Below are positions 30,855 through 44,527 of a stretch of DNA of 64,000 bases, piece by piece (position 1 is the stretch's first letter; the number at the start of each line of letters is the position of its first letter). Origin of the DNA: Neocallimastix sp. 'constans' (taxonomy: Eukaryota). The notes below the pieces were generated by a model. That model made no database searches. It had not been told where the DNA came from and was given only the letters and a program-made list of their open reading frames with translations. Both the position numbers and the translations under genes were made by a program. The stretch covers positions 248,001 to 312,000 of the forward strand of contig JBODTK010000141.1 of NCBI GenBank assembly GCA_050613775.1, written 5' to 3'.

Positions 30855-31649
30855 CATTCACAGAAGATTTATAAAATTTTTGCAATTCATTCTTATTTTA
30901 ATTTCAATTAAATAAAATATAGATACATTTTCATTTCAAATTTTGTTTAAATCAAGTAAAATTTATTCATTTTTTTTTTTTTTTTTATATAATCAATTCA
31001 TCAATTCATTTTCGTTCAATAAATAATTTCATTAATTTAACAGTAAATCATTTTTTTTTATGTTTTACCTTTTTAATTTTCAACCCAATTCTATTTAATA
31101 CAAGTATATATATGTATATATTTATTTTCAATATCTATGTAAAAGGTAAATTTGAGCAATAATATTTAAATCTTTGTAAAATGTTAATTTAAATTTATAT
31201 TAATTATCACTAATATATATATATTAAAAAAAATACTTTTTTTTTTTTATATTATTTTATAGAATTTTTATTTCTTATATATTAGTAATTTAAAAAATAT
31301 TATCAATGATTTTTACCAATATATATACCTATTTATATATATATATATGTTTTTTAAATCAATTATATTTACATAAATAAATAATTTGTAATCGAAACTT
31401 TTTAATACTATTTATTCCTTATTATTACTTTTTTTTTTTTTTTTAGAAATTTATTTTTATATATATATTTATATTTATTTATATATTTACTTTTTTTTTG
31501 GCTAAAAATATAGAATTCATTTGTAAAATAATATACATTATACATATAAAATAAATAGAACAAAATTGTAATTGTATGATATAAATAAAAAATTAAAATA
31601 AAAGTTATATATATATATATAAGAAAACAAAAAAATTAGAGAAAAAAAA

Positions 31650-32867
31650 ATGATATCTTCAAAAAGTACAACATTCGAGAGTATTAAAGATGATCCCGAT
31701 AAAATGTTGGAGATTTTTTGTCCTTCTCATCCTCGGGATGATAAAAATAAATCAATTACTTTATTAAATAAACAAAATATACCATTACCTCCTATTCAAT
31801 CCATTTATTCCTCTACTACTACTTTAAATAATGAAGATAAAAATAGTCAATCGATTAATGAAGTTGAAAATAGTAATAAAAATAATAGCATTGTTAGTAT
31901 GGATGATAATAAAAAAAAGGCAGGGGATAAAGTTAAATTACTGGACATATATAAAAGAGTGTTCGATAAACGAAATAGTAGTAAAAATTTATTACAACTT
32001 AAAGATTTAACTGGATTTAATATTGATTCAAAAAATGAAAAGTATAAAGCTATTGAAGAATTTTTTGATCATACTATTTGTCACCATTGTATTGAATTAC
32101 TAGAAGAATCATATTCCCATTGTTTAAATAAAGTGGGATTCTTTTTTCCTTCGGTATATGAAATTAATGAAGAAAAAGATAGTGAAAATTTAGCTGATAA
32201 TCCCGAAGTATTTATTTGTGATGCAGAATTAAAAGTTAATAAACAATATCCAAATGGAGTTTACATCTCTGAAAAACATAAGAAAGATATCGATCAAAAA
32301 TTAATCCTCAATAATAAAATAGAACGAAAATTGGAAGGAGGTCCAGGTATTGGTATAGGAGGTTATTATCAATTAGATGTTACAAAAAATGGAGTAGAGG
32401 AACCTTTCCCCGGTATATTAGTACATGATTTAGGTAATAAAAAGGATAAAGAAATTCAAAATTTGAAAAAAACTATACTTCTCTTGAAGGATCAATTAAA
32501 AGATGAAAAAGATACCAATAAAGATTATCGACGAGCTCTAGAAAAAATGAGAAAATCTTGTCTTTTTGCAGATACTTGGAAAAATTTAGAAGAGAGTCGA
32601 TTAAAGGATGATATTCGTCAAATGAGAGCTCAATTAACAGCTTTTATTGCTTATTCCTTTAGTCAAGAAAAAGAAAAATATGAGGTAATTTTAATTTTTT
32701 TTTTTTTTTTTTTAAATATATCATATTAATTATTATATATATTAATACATAGATTTTTTTCTGTAAAAAAATAAATATTAATTATATTATTATATTTCAT
32801 TTTTTTAAAATATTTATTATATTTTCATACTACTTAATTATTAATACTTTTTTTTTATTATAATATA

Positions 32868-32910
<43 letters not shown>

Positions 32911-35063
32911 GTATTTTTAATTAATTATAATATTTTATTATTATTATTTTTTTTAATCTTATTTTTCATTTTTTTTTTAAATTTTTTATTATTATTATCT
33001 TTTTTTTATTAATTATATAATGTTTTTAATTTTGCTTTCTTCTAATTATTATAAATATATTGCTTTTGTTATTTTCTTCTTCTTCTTTTTTTAAATTTTT
33101 TTTAATATTAAAACAGTTAAGACTTAAAAATAAATATTTAAAGGATGAGATGGAATCAAAAGAAAAGGAGATTATTAGAGTTAATAAAAATTATGATGCT
33201 ACTCAAATTAGATATAATGATTTAATGTCAAAATATGCTGAAATAAATAATTCTGTGAAGGATTTAAGGGTAGCAGCTAAAAATGGTTCTCTAGAAGTTC
33301 AATCGAAAAATGAAATTTTAAATGAAGCTTTAAGAAAAGTATCTGGTGAATGTAAATCAGCTCAAAGTCAATTAGCCAAAGAATATGAAAAGGCAAGATC
33401 CTTAGAGTTTGAACTTATGACGCTTGTTAATCAGTACAATGAATTAAATAAGGAAAAATTAAATTTAAAGAATATTATTCAAGATTATATTCAAAAAAAT
33501 ATTGATTTAAAGAAAACATATCAGGATTCCATAGATCAAATAAAATTGTTAAAAGAAAATATTAGTCGATTAGAACATATCGTCGAAAACACCGAAACTC
33601 AATTATATCAGGAGAAAAAGAAATCTAATACAACTAAGGCAGAAATGACTAAATCATTAGAAAGTTGTAAAAAGGAAAAGGAAATAATACAATTAAGAAT
33701 GGAAGAATATCTATCTTCCTTAGAAAAAATAACTTTAGATTATAGTAAGGCTATGTCCGATAAATGCCGTTTAGAGGATGAATTGATCTTCACTAAGAAG
33801 AGATATAAAAATAATATGGCAAATAAAACGAAAATGATCACCGATTTACAAAAAGAGTCTCGTGATTTAAAAGAAAAAGTGGAACATTATAAAGGAGAAA
33901 ATACTCGTCTTGAAGCTATTGAAAATGAATTACGATCTGAATTAGATAAAAATTCTGTTGCTGTTAATGCTTTAAAACTTGATTTAACTCAAACTCAAAA
34001 TACATTAGAAGAATTAAAAACGAAATTGACAGATAAAATATCAAAATTAATTTCTAGTAATAATGAATTACAAGAAGAAAATCATTCCTTGAATAGTAAA
34101 TTATTTAATATGACAAAAAAAATAGAAGATGATGAAAGATATATTGAAATTTTGAAGAATAGATTAAAGGAATATGATGAAAAGAATGAAATTAAGAATG
34201 CCATTTATAACACTCGTAAGATTGAGATGTATATTGAAGAAAAGATTGCTGAAAGTGAAGAAGCAAACATTCAAAGCATTAAGAAGATAGAGAATCTTAA
34301 TGAAAAGATAGAAACTACAAAGGTATCATTGCAGAAGAAGGAAGAAGAGCGTGCCCAATTGGAAGAAGAATGCAAGAAATTAAAAGAAGAAATTAATGTA
34401 ATTAAAACTGATCCAATTCAAATCGTTCAAGTTAAAAAGAAAATTGAAGAAAAAATGGTGGAGTGTAAGGATGAAATTAATCTCTTGAAAAAGGAATTAG
34501 AGGATAGTAAGACTAAAAACAATAATTTGAATCTTCAATTTAATAACTATAAGGTGAGTATGGAACACGAAATAGAATATCAAAAGAGTGAAAAAACTAA
34601 ACTTCAAGAACATATTGAAGAACTTAAGAGAGAAGCAGTAGAATCACGTAAAGTACTGGATAAGGTATATGAAAGCTATGAAAATTCCAAGATCACACTT
34701 GAACAATTATTACTTAATAATGAATTATTAAAATCAGAATTAATTAATAAGCAAAAACTATTGTTCAGTAAAGAAAAAGAATTCCAAGAATTTAATAAAA
34801 CAAACCAATTTATGGAACGTAATTACTTCAGATTAATAAAATTGGAAAAATATGAATGTAATGTCTTCTCTAATGATCTATTAAGTGTTCAAGTTCAATT
34901 GAAGCAAGAAGCCAATAGAATTGACCAAGTGGTGGAAACATATAAAAATGCTAGTAATTCTTCAGATAAAATAATTAATTATTCTTTAGATAAAAAAACT
35001 AATAATTCGACTTGTAAAAGAATTGGTAGTTCTGTGAATAAAAGTATTAAAGAAGAGAAATAA
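31650..35063 (+). CDS. Large coiled-coil protein of unknown function (~993 aa); exons 31650-32684, 33117-35063
   Basis: Two long ORFs joined in frame by one GT..CAG intron. About 650 aa of E/K/L-rich heptad-like sequence. Confidence 0.85.
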
Positions 35064-35530
35064 ATTGAAATAAGAAAATTAATAAAATAAAAATAAATAA
35101 ATAAAAAAAAAAAAAAAAAAAAAAAATTAAAAATTAAAAATAATATAATATATCAATAATAGAATTTACAATAATATTAATTAAATTTATACCAATAACA
35201 ATAAATATATAAATTTATCATTTTAAATGAATCTATTAATTATTTTTTTTAAAAAAAAAATTATACAATTTTTGAATTAATACTTTTTAATAATAATTTA
35301 TATTGTAGTACATTTATGCAATAAAATATATAATATTATATATTTTAATAATAATAATAGTAAATATAATTTATAATCAATCATACAGTAAAGTAATAAG
35401 TAATCCATAATAATTTTGAAGATATATGTAATTGTAACAATAATTAATAAGTTTTTCATAATTCATATATTAATTGAACATATTTATTTTTTTTTCGTCA
35501 TATTTTTTAAGCATGTATAATTAAAGAGTG

Positions 35531-35846
<316 letters not shown>

Positions 35847-36517
35847 TAACAATGGATAATAATTGTAAAAATAAATTATAATTAATAATAATAGTTTTAA
35901 TAGTAATAATAATAAATAATAATTATTAATAATAAAATTGATTAAAAATAATTGCTAGTAATGATAATGATGATGCTATATCATATTATTTCCTGTCTTT
36001 TTCTATTACTACTACTAATAATAATTACATTCATATAAATGTCATTAATATGACAAAAATAGTAAGAAAAATTTTTTAAAATTTGCCGTTTATAAGTTAT
36101 ACTTTTATATTATTTCTTTGGTAAATTCAGAAAAATTAATAAATGAATAATTATAAAGATAATTAACAATAAATTTAATAATAAAGTATTCATATAAATT
36201 AGTATGAAATAATTATATATTTTATTCTATAATAAATATAAAGAATATGGGAAAGATTTGGTGAATGAATAATTTACTTGAAAAACATAGTAATAACTAA
36301 AAAATAACTCTTTTATTATAATTAAAATTTAATTATATATATATTTTTAATAATTAATATTTCATTGGTGTATTAATAATTAATGTAATTTAATTTTGTA
36401 TAATTTAAAGGATTTTTTTCTTTAAAAAAAAAATACAGAAAAAAGTTTTTATTCTTTTATAAATTTTTTTTTTTTTATTTTAAATTTACATATAAACTAT
36501 CAAATAATTACGAATAG

Positions 36518-36551
<34 letters not shown>

Positions 36552-37629
36552 TCATTTATAAATATTGACAAATTATCTAGTATTAATTGCTAATTATAAA
36601 TATTTTAAATATCTTTTATTTTTTTATATATAAATTAAAATATAAATTATTATAAGTTATTTTTATTTTTATTTTTTTATTATTTTTTGTATTATACATA
36701 ATACTTTTTTTTTTTTTTATTAATATTTTAATTTTCAATTTTTTATCATTTTTTTTTAAAAAATAATTCTCGATATTGTAATAATAAATAAAGTTTTTTA
36801 ACTTCGTTATTTCATGTTTAAAAAAAATGATTATATTAATAATATATTATAATATACTAAGAATAAATGTAATTTATCTTTTTTTTTATATCTTTCAATT
36901 AATTTCATTTATAATTAATTTTAATAAATTAAAAATATCTTTATAAATATGAATTATCCATAATTATATCCATATTTTTTTTTATTATAAATAAAGTTTA
37001 TTGAATAAATAACTTAATAAATAAATAAATAAATAAATAATATAATATAATAAATAAATAAATTATATAATAAATAAATATATATATATAAATACATAAA
37101 TAAATATATACATAAATAAATAAATAAATAAATATATATAATATAATAGTTAATAGTAAAGATAAAAAAGAAAATTTTATAATTAATATATAGTTATAAA
37201 TTTTATTTTTTTTATTTTATTTTATTTTATAAATAATAAAATGGTTTATTATGCTTATTAAAAATGGATATATAGAAGATACTCGTTCATTTATATACAT
37301 TTTTTAATTAATGTCACATATATATATTTAAATATATTCAATTAGTATTATACATTTATCATTACATTTTTTTAAAATTTCTGGTAATAATAATTTGAAA
37401 ATTAAGAGAAACAAAATTATTTTAATTTCATAATATCAATAATTATTTTATAATTAATGTAACATTTTCTTTTCAATTTATAAGAAAATTATTATATGTT
37501 CAATTGAAAATATAATTTTTACTATTTTTAATTGTTAATGTATTAATATAAAATAATAATAAAGGCAATATCAATTAACAAAATTTATAACATAATTATA
37601 TAATAATAATAATAATAATAATAATAGTA

Positions 37630-37712
<83 letters not shown>

Positions 37713-37784
37713 TAGAATAAAAAAAAATCATAAAAAAGAATATTAGATAACCTGGAAATATTTAAAGTATTATTGGATATTATT

Positions 37785-37822
<38 letters not shown>

Positions 37823-37825
37823 GAA

Positions 37826-38318
37826 ATGTTAATATTACCAAAAGGAAGTGATAAAAAATTTTTAATTAATTCTAATGAATTAATAGGAATTATTAAAGAT
37901 AATTCATCTTTTAATAATTATGAAGAAAAATTGACCTCCCTTGAATCAAAATTAATAAATGAATTAAATGAAAATGAAAATTTTAAACAAAATTTTTCTA
38001 AAACAATTATTAATATTGTTGAAATCAATGAAAATGAGAAAAATGATATATTAAAGGGATTTATTAACGGGGAAAAGTGTAATTGTACTTCTATAACAAT
38101 AACAATATTGGAAGATGGAATTGACATTTTATTCAATGAAGATTTTAATAACTCAGATATTCCAACAAGACCACGTGTTCAATCAAATAAGTCTTATATT
38201 ATTGAAGGTATATTATATTATTTTATTTATTTGTTAATAATTGCTATTAAAAACCTGAATGAAAATTATGTTTTAATATTTATTATTAAAATTATTATTT
38301 ATTTATTTATTTATTATA

Positions 38319-38352
<34 letters not shown>

Positions 38353-38577
38353 TTTTTTAAATTATTATTATTATTATTTTATTTATTTTATTGTAATTTT
38401 ATATATCATTTATTATATTTATTTTATTTTCATTTTATATTATATTATTTTTTATTTTTGTTTTTATTTTTATTTTTATTTTTTTTTTTATTTTATTATT
38501 ATTATTATTTTTTTTATCATATACTTAAAATTTTTATTATTTTATTGTTTTTTTATATTATTAATAATATTATTAAA

Positions 38578-38609
<32 letters not shown>

Positions 38610-39354
38610 TAAAATGAATAAAATGCTAAAATTATATAAAAAAATGGTAATTTTTTTTTATTATAATTTAAATTATATATTGTTGATTGATATTGATGCA
38701 ATTGTTATTTATGCAATTGTTATTAATATTTTAAAAATATATATAATAAATATTTATGAATAAATGGTTTATATTAAAATAGAAATTAAATATTTAAAGA
38801 GGATTCTAATGTTCAAGAACTTAAAAAAACAAACAGTGGATCTTGTCTTAAAGATGGTAAATTTATATTTTTATATATAATTATTAAATAATTAATAATA
38901 TTTTGATAAATTAATATATATATTATATATTAATATATTTGTATATAATAATTGCAATTAAATACAAAGAATTATCAATAAATAAAAAATCAAAGGTGTT
39001 AAAATAATATATATAATATTTAAAAATAATATATATATATAATATTTAAAAATAATATATTAATAATATTTAATTTTTCATTAATTTAGAATGTTATTAT
39101 TAGTAATCTTATTCCTTATGAAAATTTATTAGAACGTTATCCACCATCAGGTAATATATATAAATAAATTAAATATAATGAATAAAATAATATATATCAA
39201 TATAAATATATCTATATATCTTTCTGTGAAAATTATTTTTAAATAATTAGGTTCATCTTTAGATGATTATGAAATTATTGAAAGCTTAGGTCAAGGTGCA
39301 TTTGGTTTTGTTAGAAGAGCTAAGAAAAAGGCAACCGGTGAAGAAGTATGTTGT

Positions 39355-39390
<36 letters not shown>

Positions 39391-40426
39391 TTTTTTTTAA
39401 AAAAAAATAAAATATATGATTATAACAAATCATTATTACTTATAATATATAAATTAAAAATTTAACATAATATATATGATTATATTATATATTTAAAACT
39501 ATTTCTAGGTTATTATAAAATTTATTGTAAGGTCAAATATTTTAAGAAGTAGTTGGATGAGAGATAATAATACCTTAATTCCATCTGAGATTCATATTTT
39601 GTTATACCTAACTAAAATTTATCCATTTGAGGGACTTCAACGTATTTTAGATTACTGGCAAGATGAAATTTATTATTACTTTGTTATGGATTCTGATCAT
39701 GATATTGATTTATTTGAATATATTGATACTGTTGAAATTGATATTCAATCAGCAAGAGAAATCTTTTTACAAATAGTAAAAATTGTTCACCATCTACATA
39801 CTCATGGTATTGTTCATATGGATATAAAGGTAATTCCAACAAAAAATATATATTTAAGTTTTTTCCTTCTTTACGATTAATTGAAATCTTAATATGCTAA
39901 TATTATAGGGAATATAAACATAAATATAATTTTTTTTTTTTTTTTTTCATTTTTTTTTCTTTTTCATTTTTTTTCTTTTTCAATTTTTTTTTTTTAAATT
40001 TAATAATAAATTCATTGTAATAATAATATTTTTATTATTAATTGCTTACTAATTATTTTTAATGTTATTATATTTATATTAAAATACTGTAATAATTATT
40101 TTATTTATTGTAAAATAATAATATTATTATTTAAATTGAATAATCTGTTTATTATTTATTATATAAAATTATTAAAAAAAAATTTATTACAATTAAAAAT
40201 TAAATTTTATTTATCAAATAATCTAATTTTAATTAATATTCCGTAATATTAACAGGATGAAAATATCATAATCAATAAAGAAACAAAAAAAGTTAAATTA
40301 ATTGATTTTGGTTCAAGTTCATACTATAAAGATGGAACTATTTTTAAATATTTTGTATCCAGTGGTGATTACTCTGTAAGTAAATATATGAATATCAAAA
40401 TTTAGTAGTAAATTCTAAATAAATTA

Positions 40427-40468
<42 letters not shown>

Positions 40469-40694
40469 TTAAAAAAGAAAAAAACTAATAATAAATAAAT
40501 ATATATATAAATTTTGTATTTAAAATTTGTGTAATTTATTAATTTATTGTACATCTATTTAAACAATATTTATATATACATTTCTTTATTTAGGCACCCG
40601 AAAGTAAGTTTGAATAAAAAGAAATTTATAATTTTCGTTTAAAAATTTTTTTTTACATTTATTTTTATTTTAGAGTAATATATTATATATATTA

Positions 40695-40753
<59 letters not shown>

Positions 40754-41139
40754 GTAAAACAAAATATAACAAAATGGAACAAAATAAAATAATAAATAAT
40801 AAAATAAATTATTATAATTTGTAATTTATATAATTTATAGCTTTTACAAATAAATATGAAGGCCCTCCACAAGATATTTGGTCTTTAGGTGTTTTATTAT
40901 ATACCATTATATTTAAACGTGTTCCATTTGATGTTAAGCCAGAGAATTTTATACCAACAAGTAAAAGTGCATCAAAAGTTACTGAAGCTCCTAAAACTGT
41001 TACACCACATAAATTAAAGAAATCAGTAACTACAAATTTAACTAGATATAGTGAATTAACATTTCCTGAAAACTTCAATAAAGGTAAAGTTTAAATATAT
41101 ATATATATAAATATATATATGATTTATTATTTAAATAAT

Positions 41140-41182
<43 letters not shown>

Positions 41183-41315
41183 AAAATTGAAAATGATAAT
41201 AGAAAATCCACAATTATATGAATTAATAAAACTAATGCTAAATAAGGATTATATGAAAAGACCAAATATTAAAAATGTTTTAGAACATCCATGGTTAAAC
41301 CCAAAGACAGAATGA
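37826..41315 (+). CDS. Ser/Thr protein kinase, PAS-kinase (PASK/Psk)-like; exons 37826-38207, 38783-38856, 39090-39150, 39251-39345, 39509-39829, 40256-40375, 40594-40603, 40841-41083, 41203-41315
   Basis: LGQGAFGFV, VIIKFI..NILRSSW.RD..IPSEIHIL, IDLFEYI, VHMDIKDENII, LIDFGSS, DYSAPE and YEGPPQDIWSLGVLLYTI resemble PAS-kinase domains. Splice phases are consistent. Confidence 0.85.
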
Positions 41316-41925
41316 AAAAAAAAATATTTTAAATATTTTATAAAAAAAAAAATATTTAATTTGAAATTTATCTATTAAAAAAATTAATATATATATATAT
41401 ATATATATATATTTAATATGCTTTAATTTTTCTTCTTCAAATAAATTTTAATCAAAAAAAAAAAAAAAAAAAAAAAATTTTTTTCTCTAAATTTTTAATA
41501 TTTTATATTATTATATTAATATTAAAAAACTAATAAAAGAATATCTATATAATATATAAATTAATTATATTTATATGTATTGAATTTTTATATATAATAT
41601 AGATCTTCTTTTTAATTATATAATATTATAAATAAAAATAAAAATTAATGTTAAAATAAAAAATTACTATGATAATAATAACAATAATAATAAATTATAT
41701 TAAAATATTGTTAATATTAACCATAATTTTTATATTACAAAATTTAATAATTATTAAAAGTAATAGTGTATACAAATATATACTATCACATATAATAACA
41801 ATATGAAAAATATAAATTTATTATAAAATTATCAAGTAAATAAATAATTAATAAAATAAATATGTAATATAATGAAAATGTAATATAATGAAAATGTAGT
41901 TTTTAAATGTTTATTAAGACATGAG

Positions 41926-42264
41926 CTGGTAATAATATTAATTTGAGAATTATTTTAATTTCATAATATCAATAACTATTTTATAATTAATGTAAGTTTT
42001 TCTTTTTAGTATAGAAGAAAATTATTATATTTTCAATTGAAAAAATACTTTATACTATTTTTAATTATTGATTATTAATATAAAGATAATAATAAAGACA
42101 ATTTAAATAAGCATATTTTATAATATTAATAAAAACAAACTATAATATAATAATAATAATTAAAATACAAATATATAAATAAATAAATAAAAAACAAAAA
42201 ACATAAAATAGAATATTATATAACCTGGAAATATTAAAAAAAAATTTATTTTTATTAATTAATT

Positions 42265-42322
<58 letters not shown>

Positions 42323-42368
42323 GGAAAGAATTACCAAAAGGAAATGATAAAAGAATTTTTGATTAATT
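41926..42368 (+). pseudogene. Decayed direct duplicate of the kinase upstream region and first codons (37381-37871)
   Basis: Collinear shared blocks: CTGGTAATAAT, AATTATTTTAATTTCATAATATCAATAA, AAGAAAATTATTATAT, TAACCTGGAAATATT, poly(A), TTACCAAAAGGAA.TGATAAAA. Confidence 0.8.
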
Positions 42369-43826
42369 AAAAAGATAAGAAAAAACATTAATAAAAACAT
42401 ATTTATTTTTATTTTTTTTTTAAAATTCGTTTTTGTTTATTTTTTCATTATTTATACATATTATAAAGGAAAAAAATATTTCATTTTATATAATATTCAT
42501 GATGATTAAAATTCAAATGTCATTTTCTTTATAATTTTTAAATTATAATAACTAATCTAATTTTAAAAGCTATATTTAATATGTAATTACTAAATAACTA
42601 ACTATTAAGAAATTAGAATACACTCAACAATATAAACACATAATATTAATCAATATATTTTTATTAATAAAAGACTTTCATTTAAATATAAGTTATATTG
42701 TTTCTTTTTATATAGTTATAAGTTTTCATTTACCTTTTAAGTTTGTATCCTGAGCAAGAGCAATACCTACTTTATTATCAACCTTTAATTTAATAATAAT
42801 TTCTTTATTAAATATTTCTCTGAATTAATTTTTAAACCACATACCTAGTTAGACTCACAAATTCTGCTTTTGCAATTGATAAGGTAACATTCCTTTCTAA
42901 TTGAGTTTTCCATGATATTGGACTATCACGTAATAAATAAATATATCCTCTGTTTGATTTTCTTGTTAATTCATTGCATGCAAAGTCCGAGTCTGAGTAA
43001 TCAATAGATTCATTATTACTGCTGTAATAGATCGATTTATTTTTTGTACATTTTAAATATTGTATAATGTTCATCGAAGATTTATATTCCACTTCTGTAG
43101 GTTCTTTACAATATCTGGATGCTTGGTTAACAGAAAACGACATATTAGGTCTAATTTTACAGCAATATAGAGTAATGCTCCCAAAAGAGATTTAAATTCT
43201 TATACAATTACAGGTGGAGATTCTTCTCTTTCCTATTCAGAAATCTTCTTAGTAGAGGTTTTTATAGTTTTGGTTTTATTCATATTATATTAATTTTATC
43301 AATATAATCTATATGGTTTATTTTATAGCCATTTTTAGTTTTAGAGATGTTAATATTAATAATTTTATTTGCGGTTGACTCCTTTGAAATTTTATATTTA
43401 CATTTGAATTTTTCAATAGTTTTGTTGATCACATTTTCGTAACCTGTAATTAAAATAACGTTAAAATATAAAGTTAATAAGCTCATTAATTTTTTATTTT
43501 TATTATATTTTCCATATAGATACTTATAAGTTTTATATTAATATAACCAATATTCTTTAAAATTTTTGATATTGCATTAAACCACATACGACCAGCTTAT
43601 TTTACTCCGTATAAATTTCAATAACCAAAATTTATTTTTCTTTTTGTAGTTATTGTCACTCTCTGTAATTTTTGTGTATATTTCGTGGTAAAGTTTTGAG
43701 TTTAAATAAGCTACTTTAATATCTAGTTATTTTAAATCCAATTTGAATTAGTAGTAATGGCTACGGTTAATCATAAACTGTCAGCTTGTACTGTAGGTAA
43801 ATAAGTTTCCACGAAGTCCTGTCCAA

Positions 43827-44441
43827 GAATCATAAAAATTTTTTTAGTAAATTATTTTAAATTTGATATAAATGTACTATTAGAATATTTCTTTAAAAGG
43901 CTACGGCCATTAATATAGGTAAATAAAGTTTATAAAAACAAGAAAATTTTTGTAAATTTATTTATTGTGTATTACTGTGTTAAGTGTTGAACGAATTGAG
44001 CTTTAATAGCAGGGCTTATTTTTAAAAGATTAAGAGTCTCAAATGAATCATCACTTAATACTAGTAAAAATGGTCATCACTACTTTTCGGAAATAATTAC
44101 TGTGACTGAAAGGATTTTGTTTTAAGGAATAACTAATCTGACTATGAAAAAGGCATGGAAGAATCGGTTCGTCTCGCATAGAAATTATTGGATTATGGAT
44201 TTTATTTATTTTGGTATCTATGGTGCACGAACAATCGATTAACATGTTTTATTGGGACATTTTCTAGCAAACAAAAGTTAAAACTGAACAAATTTGGATG
44301 CTATAATAAGTTAGGACTGGATAAGGAAAACTATCTCTCCTGAATTTATAATTATTTTATTTTGAGCGAGGAGTGTTAAATTTTTAATAAAATAAAACAA
44401 TTATTTTAACCAATTATTTTATAATGTTTTGAATCATAAAA
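43827..44441 (+). mobile_element. Nested non-coding TRIM-like element (LTR part - PBS - ~320-bp internal region - PPT - LTR part)
   Basis: No similarity to the host copia. TTTAAAA is followed by GATTAAGAGTCTCA (44028-44041). GAGCGAGGAG (44364-44373) is followed by TGTTAAA. Confidence 0.6.
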
Positions 44442-44451
44442 TACCAAATAC

Positions 44452-44527
<76 letters not shown>

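Noticed and set aside
42603..42723. RIP signal from LTR-LTR differences
   Set aside because: About 7 substitutions only, and the LTR at 3073-3268 suggests A is ancestral at several G/A sites, so direction is unclear.
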